From the NCBI GenBank assembly GCA_947629775.1, contig CANRFA010000003.1:48098-112097 (forward strand): DNA of 64,000 nt, written 5' to 3'. This DNA comes from an uncultured Oscillospiraceae bacterium. Its GTDB lineage: Bacteria > Bacillota > Clostridia > Oscillospirales > Oscillospiraceae. The position numbers and the translations under genes were made by a program. Under the pieces are notes generated by a model. The model did not search any database. It saw only the letters and a list, made by a program, of their open reading frames with translations, and was not told where the DNA came from. This document shows, in pieces, positions 21,644 through 30,377 of the stretch (position 1 is the first letter of the stretch; each line of letters opens with the position of its first letter).

Positions 21644-21672
21644 ATTGTAACTCCGTCCGGCTTTCTTGTCAA
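21644..21672 (-). promoter_or_regulatory. Cassette promoter (amidoligase)
   Basis: GGGGG-TTGACA-N17-TACAAT. Confidence 0.8.
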
Positions 21673-21763
21673 CCCCCTTTTATAAGTTTTTTCAACTTTT
21701 TTACCGGAACGTTGACGCCCGCCGGGGTCTTGGGGGGCTTGTGTTCCCCCCTTGACTGTCTAC

Positions 21764-21792
21764 ATTCTAACTCGCACCGCCTTTTCTGTCAA
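21764..21792 (-). promoter_or_regulatory. Second cassette promoter with no ORF of its own
   Basis: TTGACA-N17-TAGAAT; box B at 21811-21831. Confidence 0.75.
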
Positions 21793-22137
21793 CCCCAAAT
21801 GATAACTTTTTTCATGCAACTTCTGCATGAATTCGGGGGTTTCTATCGATTCCATGCATATATGAACGCCGGGGCCTGGTCCGGGGCTTAAATTACCATA
21901 AACTTGTAAAAATGGGGGGGCGGGGTCCCGACGCTTCCAGTATCACCCATTTTGGGCATAGTTACCATTTGTCCATCAACACCCATACGGTCCGTTTCCA
22001 CCCAAATGGGTTCTTCTTCCGATTTTCCATGTATCTGACATGGCAGCTATCACCCATGGGCGCTCCACCCATTTTCCATGGAACTGACATGGGTGTTTTC
22101 GGTAATCTCCAGCCCGCTGTCAGTTTTCCGTTATTCT

Positions 22138-22809
22138 CCATTGGGTCTGTTGCCCATGGACCATAACGTTAAACGACCCAGGAACCTCCATTGGGTTTCT
22201 GTCCCATGGATCATACCGTCACTAAACCCAGCTTTGCCCAATGGGTTCATAACCCATGGACCTTACAGTCAGACAACCCATCCTCCTCCAATGGGTTTAC
22301 AACCCATGGAGCATATCGTGAAACGACCCAGGTTTCTCCACTGGGTCTGTTGCCCATGGACCGTACCGTCAGGCAACCCAGGAACCTCCATTGGCTCTAC
22401 AACCCATGGGTCGTATCGGGATTTAACCCATCATCCTCCATTGGATTTACAACCCATGGGTTGTACCGTAAAACGATCCATCCTCCTCCAATGGGTCCCT
22501 GACCCATGGGTCGTGCCGTTAAGTAACCCAGAAACACCCACTGGGCCTCCAACCCATGGGTCGTAGCGGGATTCAACCCAGGTTTGCCCAATGGATTTAC
22601 AACCCATGGACCGTATCGTCAGACAACCCAGGTTTCCCCAATGGGTGCCTGACCCATGGGTTGTACCGTAAAACGACCCAGGAACCTCCATTGGGTCTAC
22701 GACCCATGGACCATAGCGTTAAACAACCCAGCTTTCCCCAATGGGTCTACAACCCATGGAGCGTACCGCCATTCAACCCATCATCCTCCAATGGGTTCCT
22801 GACCCATGG
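22138..22809. repeat. 50-bp tandem array, block 1 (13 full units plus a partial unit)
   Basis: CCAWTGG every 50 bp from 22138 to 22788; unit CCAWTGGGT-N5-ACCCATGG...ACCCA. Confidence 0.95.
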
Positions 22810-23145
22810 ACCTTGAACCCATTTTGCCGAAAACTGACATGGACCAATTATCCATGGGCCTTCCTCCCATTTTCCATCAAACTGACATGGAAAATCGGTC
22901 CATGGGTGATACAGCCAATCTCCAGAGAACTGACATGGCTATATCCCCCATGGGTTGTTAACCCAATCTCCAGGAAAATGACATGGGTATTTCCTCCATG
23001 GACCTTATCCCCAATTTCCATCAAACTGACATGGCGAAACAACCCATGGGTGAACGACCCATTTCCCATCGAACTGACATGTAAGATAAACCCATGGGTT
23101 ATATCGGTAATTCCCATCGAACTGACATGGGTGCAAGGCCCATGG
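22804..23145. repeat. 48-bp tandem array (7 units)
   Basis: CCATGG at 22804, 22852, 22900, 22948, 22996, 23044, 23092 and 23140, with AACTGACATGG between. Confidence 0.95.
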
Positions 23146-23189
23146 AGTTTTTCGGTAATCTCCAGCCCGTTGCCAGTTTTCCAGTATCC

Positions 23190-23558
23190 TACATGGGTCT
23201 ACCGCCCATGGACCGTACCGTCATTCAACCCAGGTTCCTCCAATGGGTTTACAGCCCATGGACCATACAGACACATAACCCAGAAACCCCCATTGGGTTC
23301 ATAACCCATGGAGTGTACCGTCAGACGACCCAGAAAGCTCCATTGGGTCTATCGCCCATGGACCGTACCGTCAAACGGTCCAGGAACACCCATTGGGTTC
23401 ACTGCCCATGGAGCGTAAAGGAATCCATCCCAATACCACCCATTGGGTTTACAACCCATGGCCTGTATCGCCAAGCAACCCAGGAACACCCATTGGGTCT
23501 ATCACCCATGGGTCGGGATCCCATTTACCGAAAATTGTCATGGCCTGATTTTCCATGG
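23190..23558. repeat. 50-bp tandem array, block 2 (6 full units), then one 48-type unit
   Basis: Unit starts at 23190, 23240 ... 23490. Confidence 0.92.
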
Positions 23559-23799
23559 GTTATGGCTCCAGTCGCCCCGTGTTGCGGACCCTGTTTTTTG
23601 TTGGGTCGCATGGACAGTATTTCCTTTTCGGACCTTTTTATCAGACTTTCCACCAACTTACAATCGGTGGAATACGTTAAGCCCCGGCTGGAAAATCCTG
23701 GCCGGGGCGCCACCGCTGGGAATTGCTGGAGGTATTGCCTTTTGGGTCCGGTTCCCGCCCCGGGGGCGTATGCCCCGGGGGCGGGTTCCTGTTTCCGCT

Positions 23800-24048
23800 T
23801 TACCTGTAGTAGGTTCCGTGAATGTCCGCCATTTCTTCCATTAACTCAAAGGAGATGGGGGTATCTCCCAGTCCTGCCGTAAACGCCCATTCGTCCACGG
23901 CGCTGTAGATATCGTCCCTGTCGTATTCGTTTCCATGGATTTCCATCCATTCCAGCCTTTCCAACAGGTTGTTGAAGTCCTTTTCCGTTACGTACTTCTT
24001 TACCATTTTGGCGGCTTTCTTCCCCATTTTGCCCAAGTACTTTTTCAT
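23800..24048 (-). CDS. Cassette protein (VDEWA family)
   Basis: Conserved leader and RBS; ORF track. Confidence 0.7.
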   Translation of the reverse strand: MKKYLGKMGKKAAKMVKKYVTEKDFNNLLERLEWMEIHGNEYDRDDIYSAVDEWAFTAGLGDTPISFELMEEMADIHGTYYR

Positions 24049-24165
24049 TATATTTCATTCCTTTCTGCCCCTATGGGGCGTTCCCGTTACGTTATGGGGC
24101 GTTCCCGTTTCCCGTTTTGCCCCATGCCCGCCCCGGGGCGTATGCCCCGGGGCTATCCGTTTCTT

Positions 24166-24471
24166 TCAGATGTTGCACGGCATACAGCCGTCCCACAGCG
24201 CCCGCTCTTCCCGGTAGTCTTCCATTTCCTGGAGGATATCCCGGTAGGTATCCGTCATGGCGTCCGCCAACGTCCGGGCGATGTCAGTAGCTTCCAGCCC
24301 CATGTCGTCCGCCCATTCGTTCACGATATAGGCGACGTCCTCCTCGTCGTATTCGTGGGGGGCGTTTTCCACGTTGTACAGCCGGCGGTACAGGTACCCG
24401 GCGTTCCCGTTGTCCACGATGTCCCGCACGATAGCCCGCGCCCTGTTCATCATCCTGTTCATGTTCTTCAT
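24166..24471 (-). CDS. Acidic cassette protein (VNEWA family)
   Basis: Conserved leader; D/E-rich. Confidence 0.75.
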   Translation of the reverse strand: MKNMNRMMNRARAIVRDIVDNGNAGYLYRRLYNVENAPHEYDEEDVAYIVNEWADDMGLEATDIARTLADAMTDTYRDILQEMEDYREERALWDGCMPCNI

Positions 24472-24550
24472 TGTTTACCGTCCTTTCTGCCCCCTATGGG
24501 GCGTTCCCCCCGGAAAGGGGGGCGCTGTTTGTTTCCTGTTTACGTTGTAC

Positions 24551-24579
24551 ATTGTAACTCCACCCGGCCATTCTGTCAA
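24551..24579 (-). promoter_or_regulatory. Cassette promoter
   Basis: TTGACA-N17-TACAAT; box B at 24598-24618; box A at 24630-24644. Confidence 0.8.
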
Positions 24580-24687
24580 CCCTAAATGATAACTTTATTC
24601 ATGCAACTTTTTCATGAATTCCATTACCCGTGGCGTTTTGCCAACCCGTGCCCGTAAAGGCACGGGCTGGCATTTCCTGGAGGGGGC

Positions 24688-25077
24688 TTACGCTTCCCAG
24701 TATCTGGAGTCGTCCCCGTCCTCCTTGCTGTAAATTTCGTCCAGGTGCCATTCCAGTTCCTGGGCATCCCGGTTCCACTTCCTGGAAAGGGCGCCATACC
24801 CGGCGGACGCCAGCCACGTCGCCTGGGCATCCGTAAATTCCCAGACGGCTTTCACAAAAGCGGGGTCCCAACTGTCCAGCCCCTCTTCCGTGTAGTTCTG
24901 TCCGTCAAGGGCGCCGGGGTCCGTTTCCGCCATGCGGACGAAAATCCGGGGATACACTTCCCACACGAATTCGTCCTCCCGCCCCCTGTCGTGGAAAAAC
25001 CCGTGGCTGTTTTCCAGTACAGCGCCCCAGTCAATGGGGTCGAGGGCGTTCATGCCGTTCATGTTGATGGCGTTCAT
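24688..25077 (-). CDS. Acidic cassette protein
   Basis: Conserved leader; D/E/W-rich. Confidence 0.75.
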   Translation of the reverse strand: MNAINMNGMNALDPIDWGAVLENSHGFFHDRGREDEFVWEVYPRIFVRMAETDPGALDGQNYTEEGLDSWDPAFVKAVWEFTDAQATWLASAGYGALSRKWNRDAQELEWHLDEIYSKEDGDDSRYWEA

Positions 25078-25143
25078 TGTTTACCGTCCTTTCTGCCCCC
25101 GTGGGGGGCGTCCGTGGGGTTCCTGTTCCTGTTTACGTTGTAC

Positions 25144-25172
25144 ATTCTAACTCCGTCCTGCCATTCTGTCAA
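25144..25172 (-). promoter_or_regulatory. Cassette promoter
   Basis: GGGGG-TTGACA-N17-TAGAAT. Confidence 0.8.
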
Positions 25173-25425
25173 CCCCCTTTGCTAACTTTTTTCAAAAAAA
25201 TTTTCATGCGCATGCCCGTTGCCGTTGCCGGAACGGCAACTGACAAAAGCTGGACCGATAGGATCCGCCCTTCCATCCGCCCGTATTTTCCATTTACTTG
25301 GAATGGGTTCAATCTCCATGGACCGATTTTCCATGCCCTTTCGTTGGAAGCGCCTGCCATATATCCAGTAGCTGCCATGGTCCATCTGTCTGTCAGAATC
25401 GGCAGTTTCTGGAGGTCCATTTTCT

Positions 25426-25740
25426 ACCCATCAGGTCCATCAATTAACAACCCGATTTTCACCCATTAGGTCCAGCTTTTTACAACCCATTTCAGACCCA
25501 TCAGGCCCATCAACTGACATCCCATTTTGGACCCACCAGGTCCATCTATTAACAGTCCATTTTGGACCCGGATGGTCCATTTGCTGACAACCCATTTTCT
25601 ACCCATCCGGTCCATCAACTTACATCCCATTTTCCACCCATTGACTCCAGCTCCTTACAACCCTTTTTCGAGCCATCAGGTCCATCTATTAACAGTCCAT
25701 TTTTGCCCCATCAGGTCCACCTTCTGACAACCCACTTTTC
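25426..25740. repeat. 35-bp tandem array (9 units)
   Basis: Consensus ACCCATCAGGTCCATC..TTAACA.CCCATTTT.. repeated with an exact 35-bp period. Confidence 0.92.
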
Positions 25741-26164
25741 TTCCGAAAATACCATCTGATGTCATCCCAAAAAGGCCTATCTTCTCCAGTACCTGGGTGA
25801 CCCATTTTGGATACAGAATGTCCATCAAGTGGCAAAAGGTCCCTTCGATGGGAAATGCCAGTTCCCACCCCGCACACCCAGTAACCGGAATTTCCTCCGC
25901 CAAACTCCAGCCTCCGATTTTTTGGACATTTTACAATTAACTGACATTTCAGAAGAGCAAGCTGAAAATATCAGTTTCTGACAATCCCTCCGATTTTTAG
26001 CAAATTCCATCCTGCTCGAAAATACTCCAGCCATTTACAATTTCTCCGATTTTCCTCCAGTTTCCATCCATATAGCATCTTCTCCAGCAAGTGCCATTTC
26101 CTCCGCTACGGTCCATTCTCCAGGCCACTTGTAAACGCTCCAGAAACTGGGGGGTCCAGGCTGG

Positions 26165-26203
26165 AGTCATAATTGGAAGCAACTGGAAGCGTCGGTACGC
26201 CGG
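26165..26203 (-). repeat. 39-bp inverted repeat, right copy
   Basis: Reverse-complement match to 19658-19696. Confidence 0.8.
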
Positions 26204-26331
26204 CCCCCCAGAAACTCCAGTCCCTGGCAGCCCTGGAGTACATTTGCCCAGGCCCCGGATTCCGTTGGCGTTCTGCCAATATCTGCCTCGATTCATGCAA
26301 AAGATTCATGAATAAAAGTTGGCTTTTGGGG

Positions 26332-26360
26332 TTGACAGAAAAGCCCCGCAGAGTTAGAAT
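26332..26360 (+). promoter_or_regulatory. Cassette promoter
   Basis: TTTTGGGG-TTGACA-N17-TAGAAT; box A at 26265-26279; box B at 26292-26312. Confidence 0.82.
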
Positions 26361-26448
26361 ACCAACATCGAAAGGGAACACCCCTCCACCACGAACCGCC
26401 CCGCAGGGGCGGGCACGGACGCCCAAAGGGCAGAAAGGAAAGATAACA

Positions 26449-26703
26449 ATGTCCACCATCAACAAGCTCATGAACGCCATCCGCACCGCCACCACCGGCA
26501 TGAACGCCCACGACATCGCCCCCCTGGAGAACTACCTGGGCTACCTCGTGGAGGCTATCCACGGCGGGGACATGGAGCCCTGCGACGCCTACCTCCTGGC
26601 TGCGGAAGCCGTCAACGTGTGGGCGGATGACGTGAACGCCCCCACCGCCACCGTGGATACCATGGTGGACACCCTGGTGGCTACCGCCCTGACGCTTGCC
26701 TGA
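26449..26703 (+). CDS. Cassette protein (VNVWA family)
   Basis: Conserved leader; start MSTINK. Confidence 0.72.
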   Translation: MSTINKLMNAIRTATTGMNAHDIAPLENYLGYLVEAIHGGDMEPCDAYLLAAEAVNVWADDVNAPTATVDTMVDTLVATALTLA

Positions 26704-26865
26704 GCCGGGCAAGCCCCCGGGGGATTCCCCCCGGGGGACCCCTGCCGGGGCTGGCGGAGAATGCCGGAGGAATCTCCAGCATCTGCCAGGCCCGGCACGC
26801 CGGCCGGCAGCTCTTCCATCAAACGGAAGTATCAGCCGTTCTATGACAGAAAGGAAGTAACTGAC

Positions 26866-27162
26866 ATGCGACTTGTGTATTTGGATACCGTCCGGGATAA
26901 GGTATACGCCTGGGGTATCCGCTACCCCATCCCCATTGACGAGCTGGACCGCCTGTGGAAAGATGCCTATGAGCTGATGGATTCCATCGTCAGCAAGACC
27001 AGGAAATGGATCTGTGTGGAATCCCCCTGGGTATACGTTGACGAGGTAATGGGCTGCGTGAATCAATGGGGGCAAAGGAACAGCCTCAACGTAGAAGACA
27101 TTTCCCAGGAACTGGGTGACTATCTGGCAGACGCCCTGAACGCCCTGGAGTTTGTTTCCTGA
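26866..27162 (+). CDS. Cassette protein (VNQW family)
   Basis: AGAAAGGA RBS; start MRLVYLD. Confidence 0.68.
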   Translation: MRLVYLDTVRDKVYAWGIRYPIPIDELDRLWKDAYELMDSIVSKTRKWICVESPWVYVDEVMGCVNQWGQRNSLNVEDISQELGDYLADALNALEFVS

Positions 27163-27270
27163 CAGAATCATCCATCCCGTTGGCGGGTACAGCCCTCCAG
27201 GGATTGCCATCCCGCCATATCCTCCGAGAAGGCGCATGAAAATTTTTTCGAAGAAAGTTGCTTTTTGGGG

Positions 27271-27299
27271 TTGACAGACTAGCCAGTCAGAGTTAGAAT
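27271..27299 (+). promoter_or_regulatory. Cassette promoter
   Basis: TTGACA-N17-TAGAAT. Confidence 0.8.
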
Positions 27300-27357
27300 A
27301 CCATCATCGAAGGGAAAGACAGGGACGCCCCACAGGGGCAGAAAGGTAAGGTAATAT

Positions 27358-27603
27358 ATGGACGTGAATTGCAGGAAGATGTTCGCCTCCGCTGTGGAGA
27401 CCAGCCTGAAGGGGCTGGACGTCCCCAGCCAGGCCGTCAACGAGCTGGTGGATACCATGTACCGGACGGTGGAGATGGGCGAAATGGAGGGCTGGGGGGA
27501 CCTGGAAATGTTCCGGCGGATCCGCTGGAGCGCCAGGGACTGGCAGGAAGGCCAGGGACTGTATATCCCCTGGCTGGAGGATGATATGGCTGCCCTCGTG
27601 TAA
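27358..27603 (+). CDS. Acidic cassette protein
   Basis: Conserved leader. Confidence 0.72.
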   Translation: MDVNCRKMFASAVETSLKGLDVPSQAVNELVDTMYRTVEMGEMEGWGDLEMFRRIRWSARDWQEGQGLYIPWLEDDMAALV

Positions 27604-27714
27604 AGCCCCCCCAAAGCCACCCCCGGTAACGACCCCGGTATACGCCGGGGGTGGCAATCCGCCATCCATGCCTGAAACTTTCTGAAATTTTTCAAAGAAA
27701 GTTACCTTTTGGAG

Positions 27715-27743
27715 TTGACAAAAGCGGAGCCTGGAGCTATAAT
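27715..27743 (+). promoter_or_regulatory. Cassette promoter
   Basis: TTGACA-N17-TATAAT; box A at 27651-27665. Confidence 0.8.
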
Positions 27744-27808
27744 CACCAGCGTAAACAGGAAGGAAACAGACGGACCGCCCCCCTGCGGGGCAGAAAGGAA
27801 CGGTAACA

Positions 27809-28222
27809 ATGAAGAACGAAAACAGACTGGACAGCCTCTTTGAGGAACTGGTACCCGCCAGCGGAAAGGCGGACAGCCTCGCCGGGGAGCTCGTCCGGGC
27901 GACCTCCCGGATTGGGTTCCGTTTCCTGAATGACGGAGACCAGCTGGGGCGGGGCTACGGGCGGGAAACGTGCAACCCCGCCGGGCGCTTTATCCTGGCG
28001 AAGACGCCCCGTGAAATTGGCGACCTCGTAGCTGCCATGTGGTACACGGAGGACGAAAACGCCTACGAGGCGCAGCTGGATACCCTGGTGGGCAAAGTTG
28101 CGGAGTACGTGGAAACGAACCCCGGCCTGCGCAACACGCCCACGGAGGATATGTGGAGCTTCCGGGATACCTGGGAGGACGTGGACGAAGACGAATACGA
28201 GGACGGGGACGAGGACTGGTAA
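27809..28222 (+). CDS. Phage/MGE hypothetical protein with an acidic tail
   Basis: VPASGKADSLAGELVRA..RIGFRFLNDGD; ends DVDEDEYEDGDEDW. Confidence 0.78.
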   Translation: MKNENRLDSLFEELVPASGKADSLAGELVRATSRIGFRFLNDGDQLGRGYGRETCNPAGRFILAKTPREIGDLVAAMWYTEDENAYEAQLDTLVGKVAEYVETNPGLRNTPTEDMWSFRDTWEDVDEDEYEDGDEDW

Positions 28223-28361
28223 GCACTGGATCCCCCGTTCCGTCAGGGAAAGCCCCCTGCCATCCCCGGCACAAGGATACACAGCCCGCCGGGGATGGCA
28301 ATCTGCCAATATCAGCCAGGATCCATGAAAAAGATTCATGAATAAAAGTTAGCGTTTGGGG

Positions 28362-28390
28362 TTGACAGGATTATCCCCCGGAGTTATAAT
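28362..28390 (+). promoter_or_regulatory. Cassette promoter
   Basis: TTGACA-N17-TATAAT; box A at 28295-28309; box B at 28322-28342. Confidence 0.82.
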
Positions 28391-28453
28391 TCCATTGTAA
28401 ACGAAAGGGAAACAAACGGACCGCCCCAACGGGCAGAAAGGCAAGGTAAAACC

Positions 28454-28780
28454 ATGGAGAAGTTCAACAGCTACACGACCAGCCACATCGTCCCCTGCGT
28501 GAAGGAAAACGCCCCCGGCATGGACGGCGACGACCGGCAGCTCCTCTACCACGAACTGGACCGCCTCGTGGAGTACTTCATCGAGAACGACCCCCCGGAG
28601 GATGATATCCGCCCCTGCGTTATCGAAACCTTGAACGAGTGCGTGGACATGAACGACCCGGACGTTATGAACGCCCTGACGGACAAGCTGGAGGATGCCT
28701 TTATGGATATCCTCTACGAGGAGAAAATGTGGCGCCTCGAAGCCCGCCTGTGGCACGGACCCAATCCCTGGGGCATCTGA
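28454..28780 (+). CDS. Acidic cassette protein
   Basis: Conserved leader; D/E-rich. Confidence 0.75.
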   Translation: MEKFNSYTTSHIVPCVKENAPGMDGDDRQLLYHELDRLVEYFIENDPPEDDIRPCVIETLNECVDMNDPDVMNALTDKLEDAFMDILYEEKMWRLEARLWHGPNPWGI

Positions 28781-29018
28781 GAGCCCCTGGGATCCCCCCG
28801 GGAGAACAGCCTCCCGGGGGCGGGAACTGGAGGCTGCTGTGATATGGCCCATTTCCTGCCAGAATCGGCAGCCCGGCCAGGTATTTCCAGCCCCTCCCCC
28901 TGGGACAACGGCAGGATGGTACGAAGCTTCCGAAAATCGGCAGTTCCGGATGCTGCTGTCAATCCGCTCTATCCGCTAACTTCCCGAAAATTTTTTCTGA
29001 AAAAGTTTACTTTTGGGG

Positions 29019-29047
29019 TTGACAGGAAAACGGTTCAGAGTTATAAT
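29019..29047 (+). promoter_or_regulatory. Cassette promoter
   Basis: TTGACA-N17-TATAAT. Confidence 0.82.
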
Positions 29048-29115
29048 CCTATCATCAACAGGGAACAGGAAACACGGACCGCCCCGCAGACGGGGCAGAA
29101 AGGACGGTAACAAAT

Positions 29116-29442
29116 ATGAACATCGCCAATATCAACTGGGACGCCATCTGCACCCCCTCCGCCCTGTACGGCAAGGAGTGGACCTACCTGCGGGGGGAGG
29201 CATGGAAGAAGGACTTCCTGGACGAGGTAGAGAAATACAACAGCATGGGCAAAGCCCCCTACCACGTCACCCCAGTGGACACCGGATTCCGCAGCGACAA
29301 CGTCTTCGTTGTTTCCCGTATCTGGAACCTCGTCCTGAAGCAGGCGGAGCTCCTGTATGAAAACGGATACGACGACCTTGGCGAAATCTGGATGGACGAC
29401 GCCGTAGGGCTGGAGTCCTACATGGATACCTTCGAGGACTGA
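29116..29442 (+). CDS. Acidic cassette protein
   Basis: Conserved leader. Confidence 0.75.
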   Translation: MNIANINWDAICTPSALYGKEWTYLRGEAWKKDFLDEVEKYNSMGKAPYHVTPVDTGFRSDNVFVVSRIWNLVLKQAELLYENGYDDLGEIWMDDAVGLESYMDTFED

Positions 29443-29610
29443 TCGAAGGTATCCCCTTCCAGGGGCCGGGACCCATTTCCTGGGGGGCCAGGGACGCCGG
29501 CCCCCACTCCGGAAAATGGCGGGGCCTGTTGCGGGCCCGGATGTTGCCGTTTTGCCATTCATCCCAGAAACCTATGCAAAAGATTCATGAATGAAAGTTG
29601 CTTTTTGGGG

Positions 29611-29639
29611 TTGACAGAATTAGCCCCCAGAGTTAGAAT
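29611..29639 (+). promoter_or_regulatory. Cassette promoter
   Basis: TTGACA-N17-TAGAAT; box A at 29544-29558; box B at 29571-29591. Confidence 0.82.
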
Positions 29640-29705
29640 AGCACCATCAAAAGAGAGCAGGAAACAAGCGGACCGCCCCACAGGGGCAGAAAGGTAAGGT
29701 AAACA

Positions 29706-30065
29706 ATGGACAGGAACATCTACCCCATCTGGAACGCAATGGCTACCCGCAGTGACGAGACCCAGGGGAACATGTACGGGCGGTACGAAGGGACCCCCCA
29801 GTTCCTGGAGGACTTCCGCCACCTTGCGGAAGTGGACCTCAAGGAGGGCGACGGCTTCTACGTGAAAACGTGGATGCAGCCCGCCATCCCCGGGCTGTGG
29901 ACCCTGGACCAGCTCAAAATGACCCACATCCTGGAGGGCATGGGACACCCCCTCGCCCCCGCCTTCCGGCAGCGCTACAACGAAACCCTGGACCTCCTCC
30001 GGGTCCGGCTCCGGGAATACCGGAGCCTCCTGGAGTCCCGGCGCAGCCGGAAGCACGCAGCCTGA
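29706..30065 (+). CDS. Cassette protein, paralogue of 19036-19371
   Basis: Shared HPLAPAFR.RYN motif. Confidence 0.75.
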   Translation: MDRNIYPIWNAMATRSDETQGNMYGRYEGTPQFLEDFRHLAEVDLKEGDGFYVKTWMQPAIPGLWTLDQLKMTHILEGMGHPLAPAFRQRYNETLDLLRVRLREYRSLLESRRSRKHAA

Positions 30066-30377
30066 GCCAATACCCCCCCGCCCGGCGGAGCCCTGCCGGG
30101 CGGGGTTGCCGTTTTGCCATCGTGGATGCAGATTCATGCAGAAGATTCATGGATTTAATTTACATTCGGGGGATACTCAGCCAGATCCAGGAAGGTGGAG
30201 GATCCTCCGATAATTCCCATCCGCCGGCAGATGGGTTATGTTTCGTGTACTGTTAAATGCTTCCAGCGCTGCGACGCCGGCCCCCCTGGCTCCTGTTTTC
30301 CCCGAAACTGCATGATGGGCTGTCGGGGCGGGCAGGCGGGCATGAAAAAAGGGAGGTGGATGTCCACCTCCCCGTTA

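Noticed and set aside
22804-23145. Bona fide TIGR-Tas array
   Set aside because: The units are 48/50 bp rather than ~36 nt, the 9-nt segments are biased toward GT-N5-AC palindromes rather than free spacers, and no Nop-domain gene is visible. Kept only as a testable alternative.
22138-23558. CRISPR array
   Set aside because: There is no invariant 23-47 bp repeat alternating with unique spacers; conservation is limited to short anchors spread through each unit, and no cas genes are in the window.
22078-23882. ORFs crossing the satellites (e.g. 22741-23304, a PW/LTW repeat protein)
   Set aside because: No RBS or cassette promoter, open frames on both strands, and a 50-bp period that breaks the frame. 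The openness is explained by the stop-poor repeat composition, although translation of the 48-bp block cannot be fully excluded.
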